From Mobula hypostoma (Eukaryota), in the NCBI RefSeq assembly GCF_963921235.1, contig NC_086109.1, positions 18,664,001 to 18,728,000 of the forward strand: a DNA stretch of 64,000 nt. The letters run 5' to 3'. The first letter of the stretch is position 1; each line of letters begins with the position of its first letter. Below are positions 50,660-63,890 of this stretch, piece by piece. The notes below the pieces were generated by a model. That model was given only the letters and a program-made list of their open reading frames with translations, made no database searches and had not been told where the DNA came from. Position numbers and translations under genes: made by a program.

Positions 50660-51037
50660 AGGCAGCTGTCGATTCCAGGGGATCATGTGTTTGCGCCTCT
50701 GGTGGACTGTGTCCTCTCCAGGACGTAAGCCTGGGCGGGAAGATTTGAAGAACCGGCTGTTGCCCATGCAGTGGGTTCCCGCTCTCCACGTCACTGATGT
50801 AGTCCAAGGGAAGGGCAAGTGCTGATACAGCTTGGCACCAGTGTCGTCGCAGAGGTTGCCAGAGTGAAATTGTGAACAACATCAAACTGCCTTAGGGACC
50901 CCGGCTCCAGATTTCTTCCTTGGGGTTTACTTCCGAAGCCTTTCCCATGGGTAAGTACGCCAGCGGAGGTTTAAAATCAGAGTTTCCCTTCTCCTAGGTG
51001 GGCTGCCATCTAAGGCTGAGGAGCCCCACCTGCCTGA
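50660..51037 (-). mobile_element. Non-autonomous RTE-derived element
   Basis: Shares GTCCAAGGGAAGGGCA..GCTTGGCACCAGTGT with the SINE at 18242-18548 but lacks the tRNA head. Confidence 0.65.
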
Positions 51038-51260
51038 AAAATTTGGAATGAAACTAACACTAAGAACAAAAGATACAACAAATTTTGTTGACTATTATGT
51101 CCAGGCACTTAATAAGATTTGGAAATGACGTCACCATATTGATCAGGTTAGCTGTCCATAGCTGAGTCCCTCCTTCACCACACCCTCTCCCGTCCAGAGA
51201 CATCTAAGCAAAACTCTGTGAACACAGCACAACCACATTGTTCACCTGTGAGGTATTTTC

Positions 51261-51364
51261 TGTCATGCCGCAGTGTGGGAGGCTGCTGTAGCCATGGGCA
51301 GGTCTTTAGATTAATTCTTGACCTTGCACTAAGCCAGAGCAGCCTCCCACACTGCAGCATGTCA
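51261..51364. other. Isolated long hairpin / inverted repeat
   Basis: ATGCCGCAGTGTGGGAGGCTGCTGTAGC versus GCCAGAGCAGCCTCCCACACTGCAGCAT (25/28 complementary). Confidence 0.85.
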
Positions 51365-52063
51365 CATTAACCCCATGAGCTTACTCTACATTACCTTTCT
51401 CTTGTAAACGATAATGATCACAGCCTCACAATTGCTCTTTTATGCACCATTTATTTATTTATTATATATTTATAGTAATTTTTATGTATTGCAGAGCACT
51501 GCTACTGCAAAGCAACAAATTTCACAATATAAGTTGGTGATAATAACCCTGATTCTGATGGTTTCTCAAATCATATCTCTTTCCCGGATTTCCCCATTCC
51601 TAAACCCTTTCCTAATCTATGATCATTGTGCTTCGAAGGTGAAGAGCACACACTCAGAGACATTTGTTCCCATGTCCTTGGACTGGAGAAGATGTGGCAA
51701 AGTAGGGGCTTATTCGTGAATGCCAAGCCAACTAACGTGGTGGTGTCACATCCAATATTGCCCCACAGAAATGGTTGACTCAGAACAAAACTGACAGAAC
51801 TTGTTGCCTCTTTCACAAAAGCCTTGTCCATCCCAAGTCTAATGTTGGTCTCAACTGGTCAATAATGGCAGTTTCATTGCTTATAAGTTTTCATTGCTGA
51901 AGGGATTCAGTCCCAAATGTTGGCTGTACCTTTTACCACAGATGTTGCATGGCCTGTTCAGTTCCTCCAGCATTTTGCGTGTGCTGCTCGGATTTCTAGC
52001 ATCTGTGGATTTTCTCGTGTTTGTTATTTATTTATCTATATATTTCATTAAAATAGCACAATA

Positions 52064-54510
52064 TGAGAGTAAAAGGGCTGGATGGTTTGGAGTTTGTAAA
52101 ATGTGTGCAAGATAGTTTTTTGCAGCAATACATAGAGGTACCAACTAGAGAAGGGGCAGTGTTGGATCTCCTTTTAGGGAATGAGATAGGTCAGGTGACG
52201 GAGGTTTGTGTTGGGGAGCACTTCAGGTCCAGTGATCACAATGCCATTAGTTTTAATATAATTATGGAGAAGGATAGGACTGGACCCAGGGTTGAGATTT
52301 TTGATTGGAGAAAGGCTAACTTTGAGGAGATGCGAAATGATTTAGAAGGAGTGGATTGGGACAATTTGTTTTATGGGAAGGATGTAATAGAGAAATGGAG
52401 GTCATTTAAAGGTGAAATTTTGAGGGTACAGAATCTTTATGTTCCTGTTAGGGTGAAAGGAAAGGCTAAAAGTTTGAGAGAGCCATGGGTTTCAAGGGAT
52501 ATTGGAAACTTGGTTTGGAAAAAGAGAGAGATCTACAATAAATATAGGCAGCTTGGAGTAAATGAGGTGCTCGAGGAATATAAAGAATGTAAAAAGAATC
52601 TTAAGAAAGAAATTAGAAAAGCTAAAAGAAGATATGAGGTTGCTTTGGCAAGTAAGGCGAAAATAAATCCAAAGGGTTTCTACAGTTATATTAATAGCAA
52701 AAGAATAGTGAGGGATAAAATTGGTCCCTTAGAGAATCAGAGTGGACGGCTATGTGCAGAGCCAAAAGAGATGGGGGAGATTTTGAACAACTTCTTTTCT
52801 TCAATATTCACTAAGGAGAAGGATATTGAATTGTGTAAGGTTAGGGAAACAAGTAGGGTAGTTATGGAAACTATGGTGATTAAAGAAGAATAATTACTGG
52901 ATCTTTTAAGGAATATAAAAGTGGATAAGTCTCCGGGTCCTGACAGTATATTCCCTAGGACCTTGAGGGAAGTTAGTGTGGAAATAGCAGGGGCTCTGAC
53001 AGAAATATTTCAAATATCATTAGAAATGGGGATGGTGCTGGAGGATTGGTATATTGCTCATGCTGTTCCATTGTTTAAAATGGATTCTAAGAGTAAACCT
53101 AGCAATTATTGGCCTGTGAGTTTGATGTCAGTGGTGGGTAAATTGATGGAAAGTATTTTTATTTATGGTATATATAATTATCTGGATAGACAGGGTCTGA
53201 TTAGGAAACAGTCAACATGGATTTGTGCGTGGAAGGTCACGTTTGACAAATCTTATTGAATTTTTTGAAGAGGTTACTAGGAATGTTGATGAGGGTAAAG
53301 CAGTGGATGTTGTCTATATGGACTTCAGTAAAGCCTTTAACAAGGTTCCACACGGAAGGTTAGTTAGGAAGGTTCAATCGTTAGGTAATAATATTGAAGT
53401 AGTAAAATGGATTCAGCAATGGCTGGATGGGAGACGCCAGAGAGTAGTGGTGGATAACTGTTTGTCAGATTGGAGGCCGGTGACTAGTGGTGTGCCTCAG
53501 GGATCTGTACTGGATCCAATGTTGTTTGTCATATATATTAATGATCTGGATGATAAGGTGGTAAATTGGATTAGTAAGTATGCAGATGATACTAAGATAG
53601 GTGGAGTTGTGGATAATGAACTAGGTTTTCAAAGCTTGCAGAGAGATTTAGGCCACTTAGAAGAGTGGGCTGAAAGATGGCAGATGGAGTTTAATGCTGA
53701 TAAATGTGAGGTGCTACATTTTGGTAGGACTAATCAAAACAGGACATACATGGTAAATGGTAGGGCATTGAAGAATGCTGTAGAACAGAGGGATCTAGGA
53801 ATAATGGTGCATAGTTCCCTGAAGGTGGAATCTCATGTGGATAGGGTGGTGAAGAAAGTTTTTGGTATGCTGGCCTTTATAAATCAGAGCATTTAGTATA
53901 GGAGTTGGGATGTAATGTTGAAATTGTACAAGGCATTGGTAAGGCCAAATTTGGAGTATTGTATACAGTTCTGGTCACCGAATTATAGGAAAGATGTCAA
54001 CAAAATTGAGAGAGTACAGAGAAGATTTACTAGAATGTTACCTGGGTTTCATCTCCTAAGTTACAGAGAAAGGTTGAACAAGTTGGGTCTTTATTCTTTG
54101 GAGCGTAGAAGGTTGAGGGGGGTCTTGATAGAGGTATTTAAAATTATGAGGGGGATAGATAGAGTTGACGTGGATAGGCTTTTTCCATTGAGAGTGGGGG
54201 AGATTCAAACAAGATGTTATGAGTTGAGAGTTAAAGGGCAAAAGTTTAGGGGTAACATGAGGGGGAACTTCTTTACTCAGAGAGTGGTAGTTGTGTGGAA
54301 CGAGCTTCCAGCAGAAGTGGTTGAGGCAGGTTCGATGTTGTCGTTTAAAGTTAAGTTGGACAGCTATATGGACAGGAAAGGAATGGAGGGTTATGGGCTG
54401 AGTGCAGGTCGGTGGGACTAGGTGAGAGTAAGAGTTCTGCACGGACTAGAAGGGCCGAGATGGCCTGTTTCCGTGCAGTAATTGTTATATGGTTATATGG
54501 TTATATGGTT
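52064..54510 (+). mobile_element. Young CR1 LINE, 5'-truncated ORF2 (APE end plus RT)
   Basis: PTREGAVLDLLL, SDHNAI, KSPGPD, YMDFSKAFNKVPH, SGVPQGSVL, KYADDTK, (TTATATGG)n tail. Stops at 52891 and 53894 and a frameshift near 53207. Confidence 0.97.
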
Positions 54511-55323
54511 AAAATATCGTGGAGGAACATATCTCCACTTATAACATGGGATTCTGTTGGAAAAAGGGGACTGATGAGGTGTGGGTGTTGCATTACAGAA
54601 AATCGCACTACAGAATGCTTTTCTGGGTTCACAAACTACTCTTCGAAGTTCGAAGTAACTTTGTATTATCAAAGTACATATATGTCACCATATACAACCT
54701 TGAGATTCATTTTTTCCTGCGAGCATACTCTGCAAATCTATAGAATAGTAACTATAACGGGATCAATGAAAGATCAGCCAGAGTTTAGAAGACCACAAAC
54801 TCTGCAAATGCAAATATAAATAAATAGCAATAAATACGAGATAAAGAGTCCTTAAATTGAGATCATTGGCTGTGGGAGCATCACAATGGATGGGCCTTAA
54901 TGGAAAGTTCAGCTGCATATACGTAGTTCATGATCCCAAGCAGATTTGTCGGAAGTATTCAAGCCCTGTTTAAAATCACCCTCCTGGCTATAACAGCACC
55001 AGTAACCTCGTTTCAATTCTGTCGCTGGCTGTAAGGAATTTATATACATTGTACCTGTGACTGTGTGGGCTTCCTTTGGGACTCTGGCTTCCTCTGGGTC
55101 TCTGGCTTCCTCACACATTCCAAAGATGAATGAGCTAGTAGGTTAATTAGTCACAAGGGTGTAATTGGTCAGTGCCTGTTATCCTGATGTATCTCTAAAT
55201 AACTAAATGAATAGAACAAGGAAGACAACAGAGCCATTAATAACAGCAAACCTGTCCACTAGTCAATGCTGACATTCGCCCACTAGGATTAAGGACCACA
55301 CCATCGACTCTGCAAGTTCATCA

Positions 55324-56192
55324 TGTCACATGACCGGCAATAATGAATATAGAAATGAGTCAGGTTTTATAAACAAATAAACATTTAATAAACTCTGCTC
55401 AAAATTAGTAAAAAGATGAACAAATGAAAACCTTAACCGGAAGTAAACTGCTATGCGGCCATTTATAAAACCGTCATTCAGTACTAGTTCTTAAAGCAGT
55501 AAATGCGAACAGTCTTAAAGTGGTAAATTAGAACACAGTTCTTAGAATAGTAAATTTGAAAGTCCAAGAGATTTATACAGTCAATTAGGAGAGACTTTCC
55601 TGAAATAAAGAATTCCTCGAAGACTCGACGTTACTGCCGATCCCAGCCAGCACCTGTCTTGTCTGCAGGACTCACAACGACGGAAGTAAAACGGTTTAAA
55701 GGCACTGACCTTTTTCCTCCGTAGACTAGATACTGCACAACCTTTTCTGCTGCTTTTAGCAAAGGTTATCTCATGCAGATCACTCTTATTTGAACGCATT
55801 CAATAATGGTCGATCCTCTCCAAAACCGCCGAACGACTCCTTCAGGTTCCCGTCTCCACCCTCCAATACTACTGAAAAGATACATCAACAAACCTGGCAG
55901 CGATTGGTGAAACTACAGGCCCAACACTTCTGTACCTTACAATAGAAAGTAAAACTCCATTTTAAAATGAAACTGCGTCATAAAAAAATACGCAGCAATA
56001 CGGAGTAACTGACGAACTAAACTTAAAGCTCAACTGGGAAAACTAACTGCGTCACCAGGGGTCTATCCTTATATATACCTGTAGAGAACAGGTCATCACG
56101 TGACCTCACATTGGTGGGAAAATTTACATCATGTGACCTCCGCAAGACCATTACATCATCCTCATAAGACAGTCACAAGATACCCATGAGGT
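55324..56192 (-). mobile_element. LTR-like element (probable solo LTR, one terminus eroded)
   Basis: TGTCACA terminus, minus-strand TATA at about 56070 and poly(A)-like signals near 55365-55390, possible ATCA TSD. Confidence 0.55.
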
Positions 56193-56554
56193 ATCAAAAT
56201 ATATTTAGTCCGATACGAGGGAATTCAGCCAGTGGCATGCCCCAGGCTTCGAGGAGCTTGACAAAATTGCTCAGCCCACTACCTATGGATCTTGAGGGCA
56301 AATGCATCCCTCCCTTTTTGACCTGCCTCGATAATCAACATCTAATAGCTATCCTGCTAACGTAAGCCTAGAACAAAACATCCTCAGTAGGCTTCTGCAT
56401 CAGATTAATGAAAGGGGAATTTTGTAGCTGCTGTAGTTGGAAATATCATGGCTATTTTTAGATACCATCTTATTAATAGAAAGAGCATGTTTTTATCAGA
56501 AACCTTTTAAACTTCAAACCATTTCCATCCACCAAGAAAAAAATAACTTGATTT

Positions 56555-57570
56555 TGGAACTGGAATTGGAGTTGGTTTATTATTGTCACATGTACTGAGG
56601 TAAAGTGAAAAGTTTGTCTTGCACTTTGCTCAAATCATTATCCGGTGCATTGAGGCAGTGCAAGATAAAACAATAACAGAATGCAGAATAAAGTGTAACA
56701 GCTACAGAGAAAGTGCAGTACAGGTAAATAACAAAGTTCAAGATTATAACTTGGTAGTTTGTGAGGTCACGAGTCTATTTTATCCCAATTGGGCAAACAT
56801 TCAATAGTCTTATGATGGTGGTGTAGGAGTTGTCCTTGAGCCTGGTGGTACATGCTTTCAGGCTTTTTTATCTTTTACTTGATGGGAGTGGGGGTGAGAA
56901 AAGAGAATATTTGTGCATAGTTGGGTCTGTGGTTATACTGGCTGCTTTACTGAAACAGCAAAAAGTATCGTTCGTTCATTATGCGCAGTGTCATATAACA
57001 TAGAAGATCATGGTCTTTCCATGACCATGATTGTTCTTGGCAATTTTTCTGCAGAAGTGGTATGCCATTGCCTTCTTCTGGACAGTGTCTTTATAAGGCG
57101 AGTGACCCCAGCCATTACCAATACTCTTCAGAGATTGTCTGCTTGGTGTCAGTGGTCACATAACCAGGACCTGTGATATGATCCAGCTTCCCATATGACC
57201 ATCCAGCACCTGCTCCCATGGTTTCACATCACTCTGATCCAGTGGGAGGGGAGGGGTTTAAAGCAGGTGCTACACCTTGCCCAAGGGCGACCAGCTGGCT
57301 GGCGGAGGGAAGGGACAACCTCACACCTCCTTTGGTAGAGATACATTTCCACCCTGAAATCCGAAGAGTGTAGACAGATTCTATAGAGGAGAGACTGGTT
57401 TCATGATACACTGAGCTAAGTCCACAACTTTCTGTGGTTTCTTGTGGTTATGGGCAGAGCCGTTGCCATACCAAGCCATGGTGCATCCAGTTAGGATGCT
57501 TTCTATAGTGTATCGATAAAAACTGGTAAGGGTCAATGAAGGCATGCAAAATTCTTTAGCCTCCTGAAGT
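56555..57570 (-). mobile_element. Rex/Babar 3' fragment with nested RTE-type SINE (about 56966-57354)
   Basis: (TGGAAT)n-like tail, GAGCCTGGTGGTAC motif. The nested element has a GAAGAAGGCAATGGC BovB-like motif and a 3' stem ATCATGGTC/GACCATGAT. Confidence 0.7.
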
Positions 57571-57674
57571 AGAGGTATTTAAAGTTCGAAAGTTCCAAGT
57601 AAGTGTATTCTCAAAGTACATATATGTCATACTACTCAACCGTGAGATTTATTTTCTTATGGACATTCACTGTA

Positions 57675-58415
57675 GTTGTCGTTGTGGCATCACTGAGCCA
57701 GATTTTCAATCTCCCTCCTGTATGATGATTCATCACAACCTTTTATTCAGCCTAGGACAGTGGTGTCATCTGCAAACTTAAATATGGCTTTGGAGCTGTG
57801 CTTGGCCTCAGAGTCATAAAATGAGTAGATCCGAGGCTGAGCACACAGCCTTGTGGTGCACCCGTGGTGATGGAGATGTTGCTGCCAATCCAAACTGACT
57901 GGGGTCTGCAAGTGAGGAAATTGAGGATCCAGTAGCACAAGGAGGTATTGAGGCCAAGGTCTTGGAGATTATTGATTAGTTTTGAGGGGATGACAATATT
58001 GAATACCAAGCTGTAGTCAATGAAGAACATCCCGATATATGCATCTTCACTGCCCAAATGTTCCAGGGTTGAATGAAGAGCCAATAAAATGATATAGAAG
58101 GCAGACCAAAATGGATCCAAGTCACTCCTCAAGCAGGAGTTGATATGATTCATCACTAACCTCTCAAAGCACTTCATTACAGTGGATCTAAATGTTTCTG
58201 GACAATAGTCACTGAGGTAGATTACCATGTTCTCCTTGTGTACCGGTATAATTGAACAAGGTGGGTACCTCAGACTATTGAAGTGAGAGATTAAAGATGT
58301 CATGAACACTCCAGCCAATTGATCAGCTCAGGTCTTCAAAACTTGGCCAGGTACCCCATCTGGGCCAGATGTTTCCTGAGGGTTCATCCTCCTGAAGGAT
58401 GCTCTCATGTCAGCC
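57675..58415 (-). mobile_element. Rex/Babar RT fragment
   Basis: STVMKCFERLV, MFFIDYSLVFNIVIPSKL, TGAPQGCVLS, IFKFADDTTV. Confidence 0.92.
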
Positions 58416-58419
58416 TTAT

Positions 58420-59195
58420 GTCACCAACTTTAAGTTCCTCAGGGTTATCATTTCAGAGGACCTGTCCTGGGCCCAGTACATAAGTGCAATTATGAAGAAA
58501 GCATGGCATCTCCTCTACTTCCATAAGAGTTAGTGAAGATTCAGCATGACACCTAAAGCTTTGAAAACTTTCTATGGAAGTATGGTGGAGAGTATATTCA
58601 CTGGCAGCATCACAGCCTGGTATGAAAACCCAAATGCTCTTGAATGGAAAATCCTATAAAAAGTGGTGGATATGGCCCAGTCCATCATGGGTAAAGCCCT
58701 CCCCACCATTGAGCACATCCATATGGAGCACTCTTGGAGGATCCCAGCATCCATCATTACAGAACCACCCCCCCCACCCACCACTCAGGTCATGCTCTCT
58801 TCTTGCTGCTACCATTAGGAAGAAGATACAGGAGCCTGAGAACTCACATCACCAGATCCAGGAACAGTTATTACTTCTCAACCCTCAGGCACTTGAACCA
58901 AAATAGATAACTTCATTCAACTTCACTTGGCCCATCAGTGAAATGCTCCCATAACATATGGACGCACTTTCAAGGACTCTTCACGTCATCTTCTCGATAT
59001 TTATTGCTTTATTTGTTTATTATTATTATTATTTCTTTTTTATTTGCACAGTTTGTTGTCTTTTGCACATTGGATTTACACCTAGTTGGAGTGGTCTTTC
59101 ATTGATTCTATTATGGTTGTTGGATTTATTGAGTATGCCTGCAAGGAAATGAATCTCAGGGTTTTACATGGTGACATATATGTACTTTGAACTTT
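58420..59195 (+). mobile_element. Rex/Babar 3' fragment
   Basis: NFKFLRVIISEDLSW.., ESIFTGSITAWY, tail AATCTCAGGGTT..TACTTTGAACTTTG. Confidence 0.85.
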
Positions 59196-60785
59196 GCCTC
59201 CATGTTTTGTCAGTCAAAGTGAGCATAAAAGGCATAGTGAGCTTTCTTGGCCATGGTGTCCACGTCTATGTCTGAACTGCCTTTCATGGGCTCAGAATGT
59301 CCAATGTGCAGATCTTTGAAATATCATGGAATTGCAGTCACTGTTCTAATATGTGAAATTTAACTGCTATACACTATATTCTAAGCATTGAAACTCTACA
59401 GGGAAGATTTTTAATAACTGACCCTAAATCCTCAAAATTATTATCAATGTATGCTGCGGAATATCTATCTATGTGTCTCCGTTGCTCAACGAGTCTTGAA
59501 AGTATATCATCTTCACGCAGCCTGGCCAGCCATAGGACCCAAGGCATCAGGCTCCTTTCTGTGGTCAATTGTACTGTCTAAGAGCAAGTAAAGAAAATTT
59601 CCCTAAGGTTAGGAACACTTCTAAACTGCAGTGTGTATGAAGGAGAAAACCATCCAATTAGAAAACTCAGACTGGATTTAAGGAATACACATTGGGATTT
59701 TCTTTGTTCAAATGGAGGCAGATTTCTAATGAATGCATTGGATTGCTACTTCTAACAACAGAGAGAAATGGAAGGGGAGGGTGTTAAGAAGAAGGGAGTA
59801 AGAAAAAAACCTGGAAGGAGTAAAGAAGTGGTATACCGATGGCTTCTTAGCACACAGCCTGCATAAATCTGAGGCAATCCAGTACTCTCCTGCGTCCCTC
59901 CTGTTCACTGGCCAGCTTTGGCTTCCAGTCCAGCAAAGCTACGGTGTAAATGAATGCCAGAAAATACGATCAGTAGTAGACCACCAGACCTTTCAAGCCA
60001 GCCTGTTATCCTTTACGACTCTGGCTTATCTACGTTAGCCTCAACTCTTCTTCTGCACCAGTCCCCATAAAGCTCACCTCTTCAAAATCATCAACTATCT
60101 CTGCCTGAAGCACATCCATTGTTGTGGCCTCAACCACCCTCAGGGCAGAGTGTTCCAGAGACTCACTGCCTTCTGAGACCAGAAGTTTCTAAGAATCTTG
60201 TTGAAACCTCTTCTAATCTTCACAAGTACTCCAGGCCCTACAAGATCTCTGGACCCCTCTAATTCTGGCAGACAGACGCACCACCAATTTCCTTCACTCC
60301 AACAAAGGTGGCTCTGACCAGTTTTAATAGGCTGTAGCTTCTCTGACAAATCTCTCCACTTGATAAAGTTGTTACTAAACCTCCATTCAAGGCTTTGGTC
60401 ACCTCTTCTTTTATCTCCTGGTGTACATTTTCTGAAAAGCTAGTATATACAGTGAAGCAATGAGTAATCTTTGAGAAGTTTTTTTTACACAGTGAGTGGT
60501 GGGTGTGTGGAACACACGGCAGGGGTGGTGGTAGATGCCGATACATTAGAGGCATATGGATGATAGAAAAATGGAGGGATATGTGGGAGGGAAGCATGAG
60601 ATTTATATCTTAGAGAGTTTTAAATGATTGGCATTACATCATGGGGTGAAGTGTCTGTGCTATGGTGTAATGTTCTATATTAAAATAGAAAATGCTGTAA
60701 AACTCAGCAGGTCAAGCAGCATCAGGGGAAAGAGATAAAATTAACGTTTTAGTTCTGGTGTCTTTTCATTCACTATTTTTTATGT

Positions 60786-60864
60786 TAGGGGTTTCCAAAC
60801 TTCTTATGCCATGGACCCTTACCATTAACCAAGGGGTCCATGGGCCCCGTGTTGGGAATCCCTG
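60786..60864. mobile_element. 80-bp hAT MITE copy
   Basis: Homologous to 9054-9133. Confidence 0.75.
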
Positions 60865-60979
60865 GCTGACGTGTTAAGACATTAAAGCCCAGTTTCACCT
60901 TTTTCTGATCAGTCAATCATAGATGCTTACCTCCCTATAGGAATTTTCACATGCTAGTGAAGGTATTGCCATGGTAGGG

Positions 60980-61192
60980 TGGAGAATCTGTGGAATTCAT
61001 TGCCACAAATGGCTGTGCAGGCCAAGGCATTGGATGTACTTAAAGCAGAGGTTGAAAGGTTCTTGATTAGTAAGAGCATCAAATGTAAGAGAATGGGGTT
61101 GAGAGGGATAATAAATCAGCCACAATAGGATGACAGACTAATCTTGATGGGCTGAATAGCCTATTTCTGCTCCTATGTCTTATGGCTTATGG
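60980..61192 (+). mobile_element. CR1 3' fragment
   Basis: GAATCTGTGGAATTCATTGCCAC..TCTTATGG tail. Confidence 0.8.
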
Positions 61193-61740
61193 TAACGGTC
61201 AGGGACCAGCAAACTCAATTTTTCCTTATTGCCCAAAGGGACTGGAGTTTAACTAACTCAACCCTGCCTATATCATGATTTTGTTATTAAAGAACAAAAA
61301 GAAAACATAATGAAACTGATAACCTGCAAGAACTTAGACTGAATTGTCAGAGTACTAACTAGCAATTAACAGTCCCCAGCTAAATATAGCACTGTGTCCA
61401 AGTGTTGGGTAATTAATTAATTGTACAGATTTCTCACTATTTATTCAAGTATTTGCTCAGCACAGCAAGTGAGCAGCAACAAAGAGAATTAACTGCCTTC
61501 AACATATTCCATTGTCACTTCTGTGCTGCAAACACACAAGCCTTTGCTGATTGTGTAAAGATTCCCGACCTTTAAGAAGCCAGGCTGGTAATAGCAGTGA
61601 TCAATGCGGCTCATTAGTTTTTATGAGCTGATCATGTCTTCTGTGTCTGATGGGGGAAACCTGTCAACAGCACAGTGGACGTTCTGCTGTGTCATTATTT
61701 GACAAACTCTTTGCCAATGCAAAGCAAAGAGAAAGAGAGG

Positions 61741-61773
<33 letters not shown>

Positions 61774-61981
61774 GGAGAGGGAGAAAGAGAGGGAAAGAGA
61801 AGTAGAGGTAGAGAGAGAGAAAGCAAATAGAACAAGGGGATGATTTGTCCTACTAAGCTGGGTCTCTGAAACTCAGTGCCAGGTCCAAACATATTAAATT
61901 GTTCAAGGGTTGAAGGCCCATTTTAGAGACCTGAGCATCAAACCTAGATTACCATGTAGGAGGGCGTAACATGCTTTCATT

Positions 61982-62415
61982 AGACCATAAGACATAGGAA
62001 GAGAATTAGCCCATTTACTTCATTGAGTCTACTGCACCATTCCATCATGGCTGATTTATCACCTATCTCAACCCCATTCTCCTTGTAATCTTTGACACCC
62101 TTGCCCATCAAGAACTTATCAACCTCTGCTTTAAATATACCTAATTACTTGGCCTCCACAGCTACCTGTGATGATGAAATCCACCGATTCACTGCACTCT
62201 GGCTAAAGAAATTCCTAATCATCCCTATTCTAGAGGGACCTCCTTCTAATCTGAGGCTGTGCTCTCTGGCCCTAGATTCCCGCCCCCCCAACCCCCACTA
62301 TTGGAAACATCACATCCACCCCAGCTAGGGCTTTTCCAATATTTGATAGATTTCGTTGAGATATCCCATCATTCTTCTAATCTCTGGCGAGTACAGGTCC
62401 AGAGACATCGAACAC
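61982..62415 (-). mobile_element. CR1 3' fragment
   Basis: Colinear with 2037-2465. Confidence 0.85.
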
Positions 62416-62849
62416 TCAGAGGGAACATCTTTTGGATGAAAAGTTAAACAAGGCCTTGCCTGCTCCTTTAGGCATTTGTAAAATACTCCAGGCCATTATC
62501 TGTTATAACCGGAGAGATACCCCACTGGAGCCAGAGGTCATAGGTTTGGGGTGAAAGAGGAAATATTTAAGGGGCATTTTTTCACTCAGAGTGTGGAGTG
62601 AGTGTGGAACAAACTGCCCATGGATATGGTGGATGTGAATGGCGTTGGAACTTTTAAGAGAAGTTTGGATAGGTACATGGATGAAAAAGGTATGGAGGGC
62701 TATGATCTGTCTGTCGATTGATGGGAGTAGGCAGGAGATCAGGCCAGCAGGTAAGAGCCTGTTTCAGTGTTTTAGTGTTCTATGACTCAGTTCAAGCCAA
62801 TGTTTAATTCTCAGCTAGTATTACCAAACAGATTTGACCAGAAGTTCAT

Positions 62850-63040
62850 TAACAAACAAAAGAAAATCTGCAGATGCTGGAAATCCAAGCAACACACACA
62901 CAAAATGCTGGGGGAGCTCAACAGGCCAGGCAGTGTCTATGGAGAGAAGTACAGTCAGGACCACAGCCTGAAACGTCGACTGTACTTTTCTCCATAGATG
63001 CTGCCTGGCCTGCTGAGTTCCTCCAGCATTTTTGTGTGTG
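62850..63040. mobile_element. PLE-tail fold-back mini-element
   Basis: About 65-bp inverted arms, TSD TTGACCAGAAGTTCAT (62834-62849) / TTGACCAGAATTCAT (63041-63055). Confidence 0.85.
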
Positions 63041-63539
63041 TTGACCAGAATTCATGCCTCCTTCACGGTCCCCGTTGAAGAGTCGGCAGTTGTAATGATG
63101 AACAACTTCATGTCCCCGGGTGCCAACATCACAGAGAATCTATGCTGGGTCCAACACATAGACCTCGTACAATAAGATGGATCCTTGACTTCATACTTTA
63201 TACTTTATTGTCGCCAAACAATTGATACTAGAACGTACAATCATCACAGCAATATTTGATTCTGTGCTTTGCGCTCCCTGGAGTACAAATCGATAGTATA
63301 TATTGAATATTTAAGTTATAAATCATAATTTATCTTGTCATAGCCTTGTATTTTATTGCTGCCTGCACTGCACTTTCTCTGTAACTGTGACCCTTTATTC
63401 TGCATTCTCCTATTCTTTTTCCCCTGTACTGATGTGATGAAACGAACTGTATGGATGGCATGCAAAACAAAGTTGTCACTATATCTCACTACATATTGAA
63501 CTAATTTACTAATTTTGATGTAATCATGAAGAATCCACT

Positions 63540-63890
63540 CTACCACCTCCAATTTTTTGGATTTTAAGGAGATTTGACTTTCGGTGAAGACTCTGGCAAA
63601 CTTTGAAAGATGTGTGGTAGAAACCATTCTGACTGGTTGTGTCACAACCGGTATGGAAATTCCAATGGAGAGGAACACAAGGGATAACAGCCAGTTCCAT
63701 CTCCCCACCATTGGGCCATCTACAACAGACAATGTCTCCAGAAGGCATCATCAATCGTCAGGCATGCCTACTATCTGGGCCATGCTCTCTTCTCGATGCT
63801 GCTTTAAGGTAGGAGCTACAGGAACCTGAACAGTAACATCTCAGGGTTCAACAACAGTTCCTTCCCCATTGCCATCAGGTTCTTGAACCG
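63540..63890 (+). mobile_element. Rex/Babar 3' fragment (old)
   Basis: KTLANFERCVVETILTGCVT. Confidence 0.7.

Noticed and set aside
55066..55112. 18-bp tandem repeat (GGCTTCCTCTGGGTCTCT-like)
   Set aside because: Local slippage duplication within a SINE, with no sign of function.
59840..59945. Possible minus-strand exon (AG...GT, open frame LCWTGSQSW...)
   Set aside because: Weak splice signals and no recognisable protein similarity.
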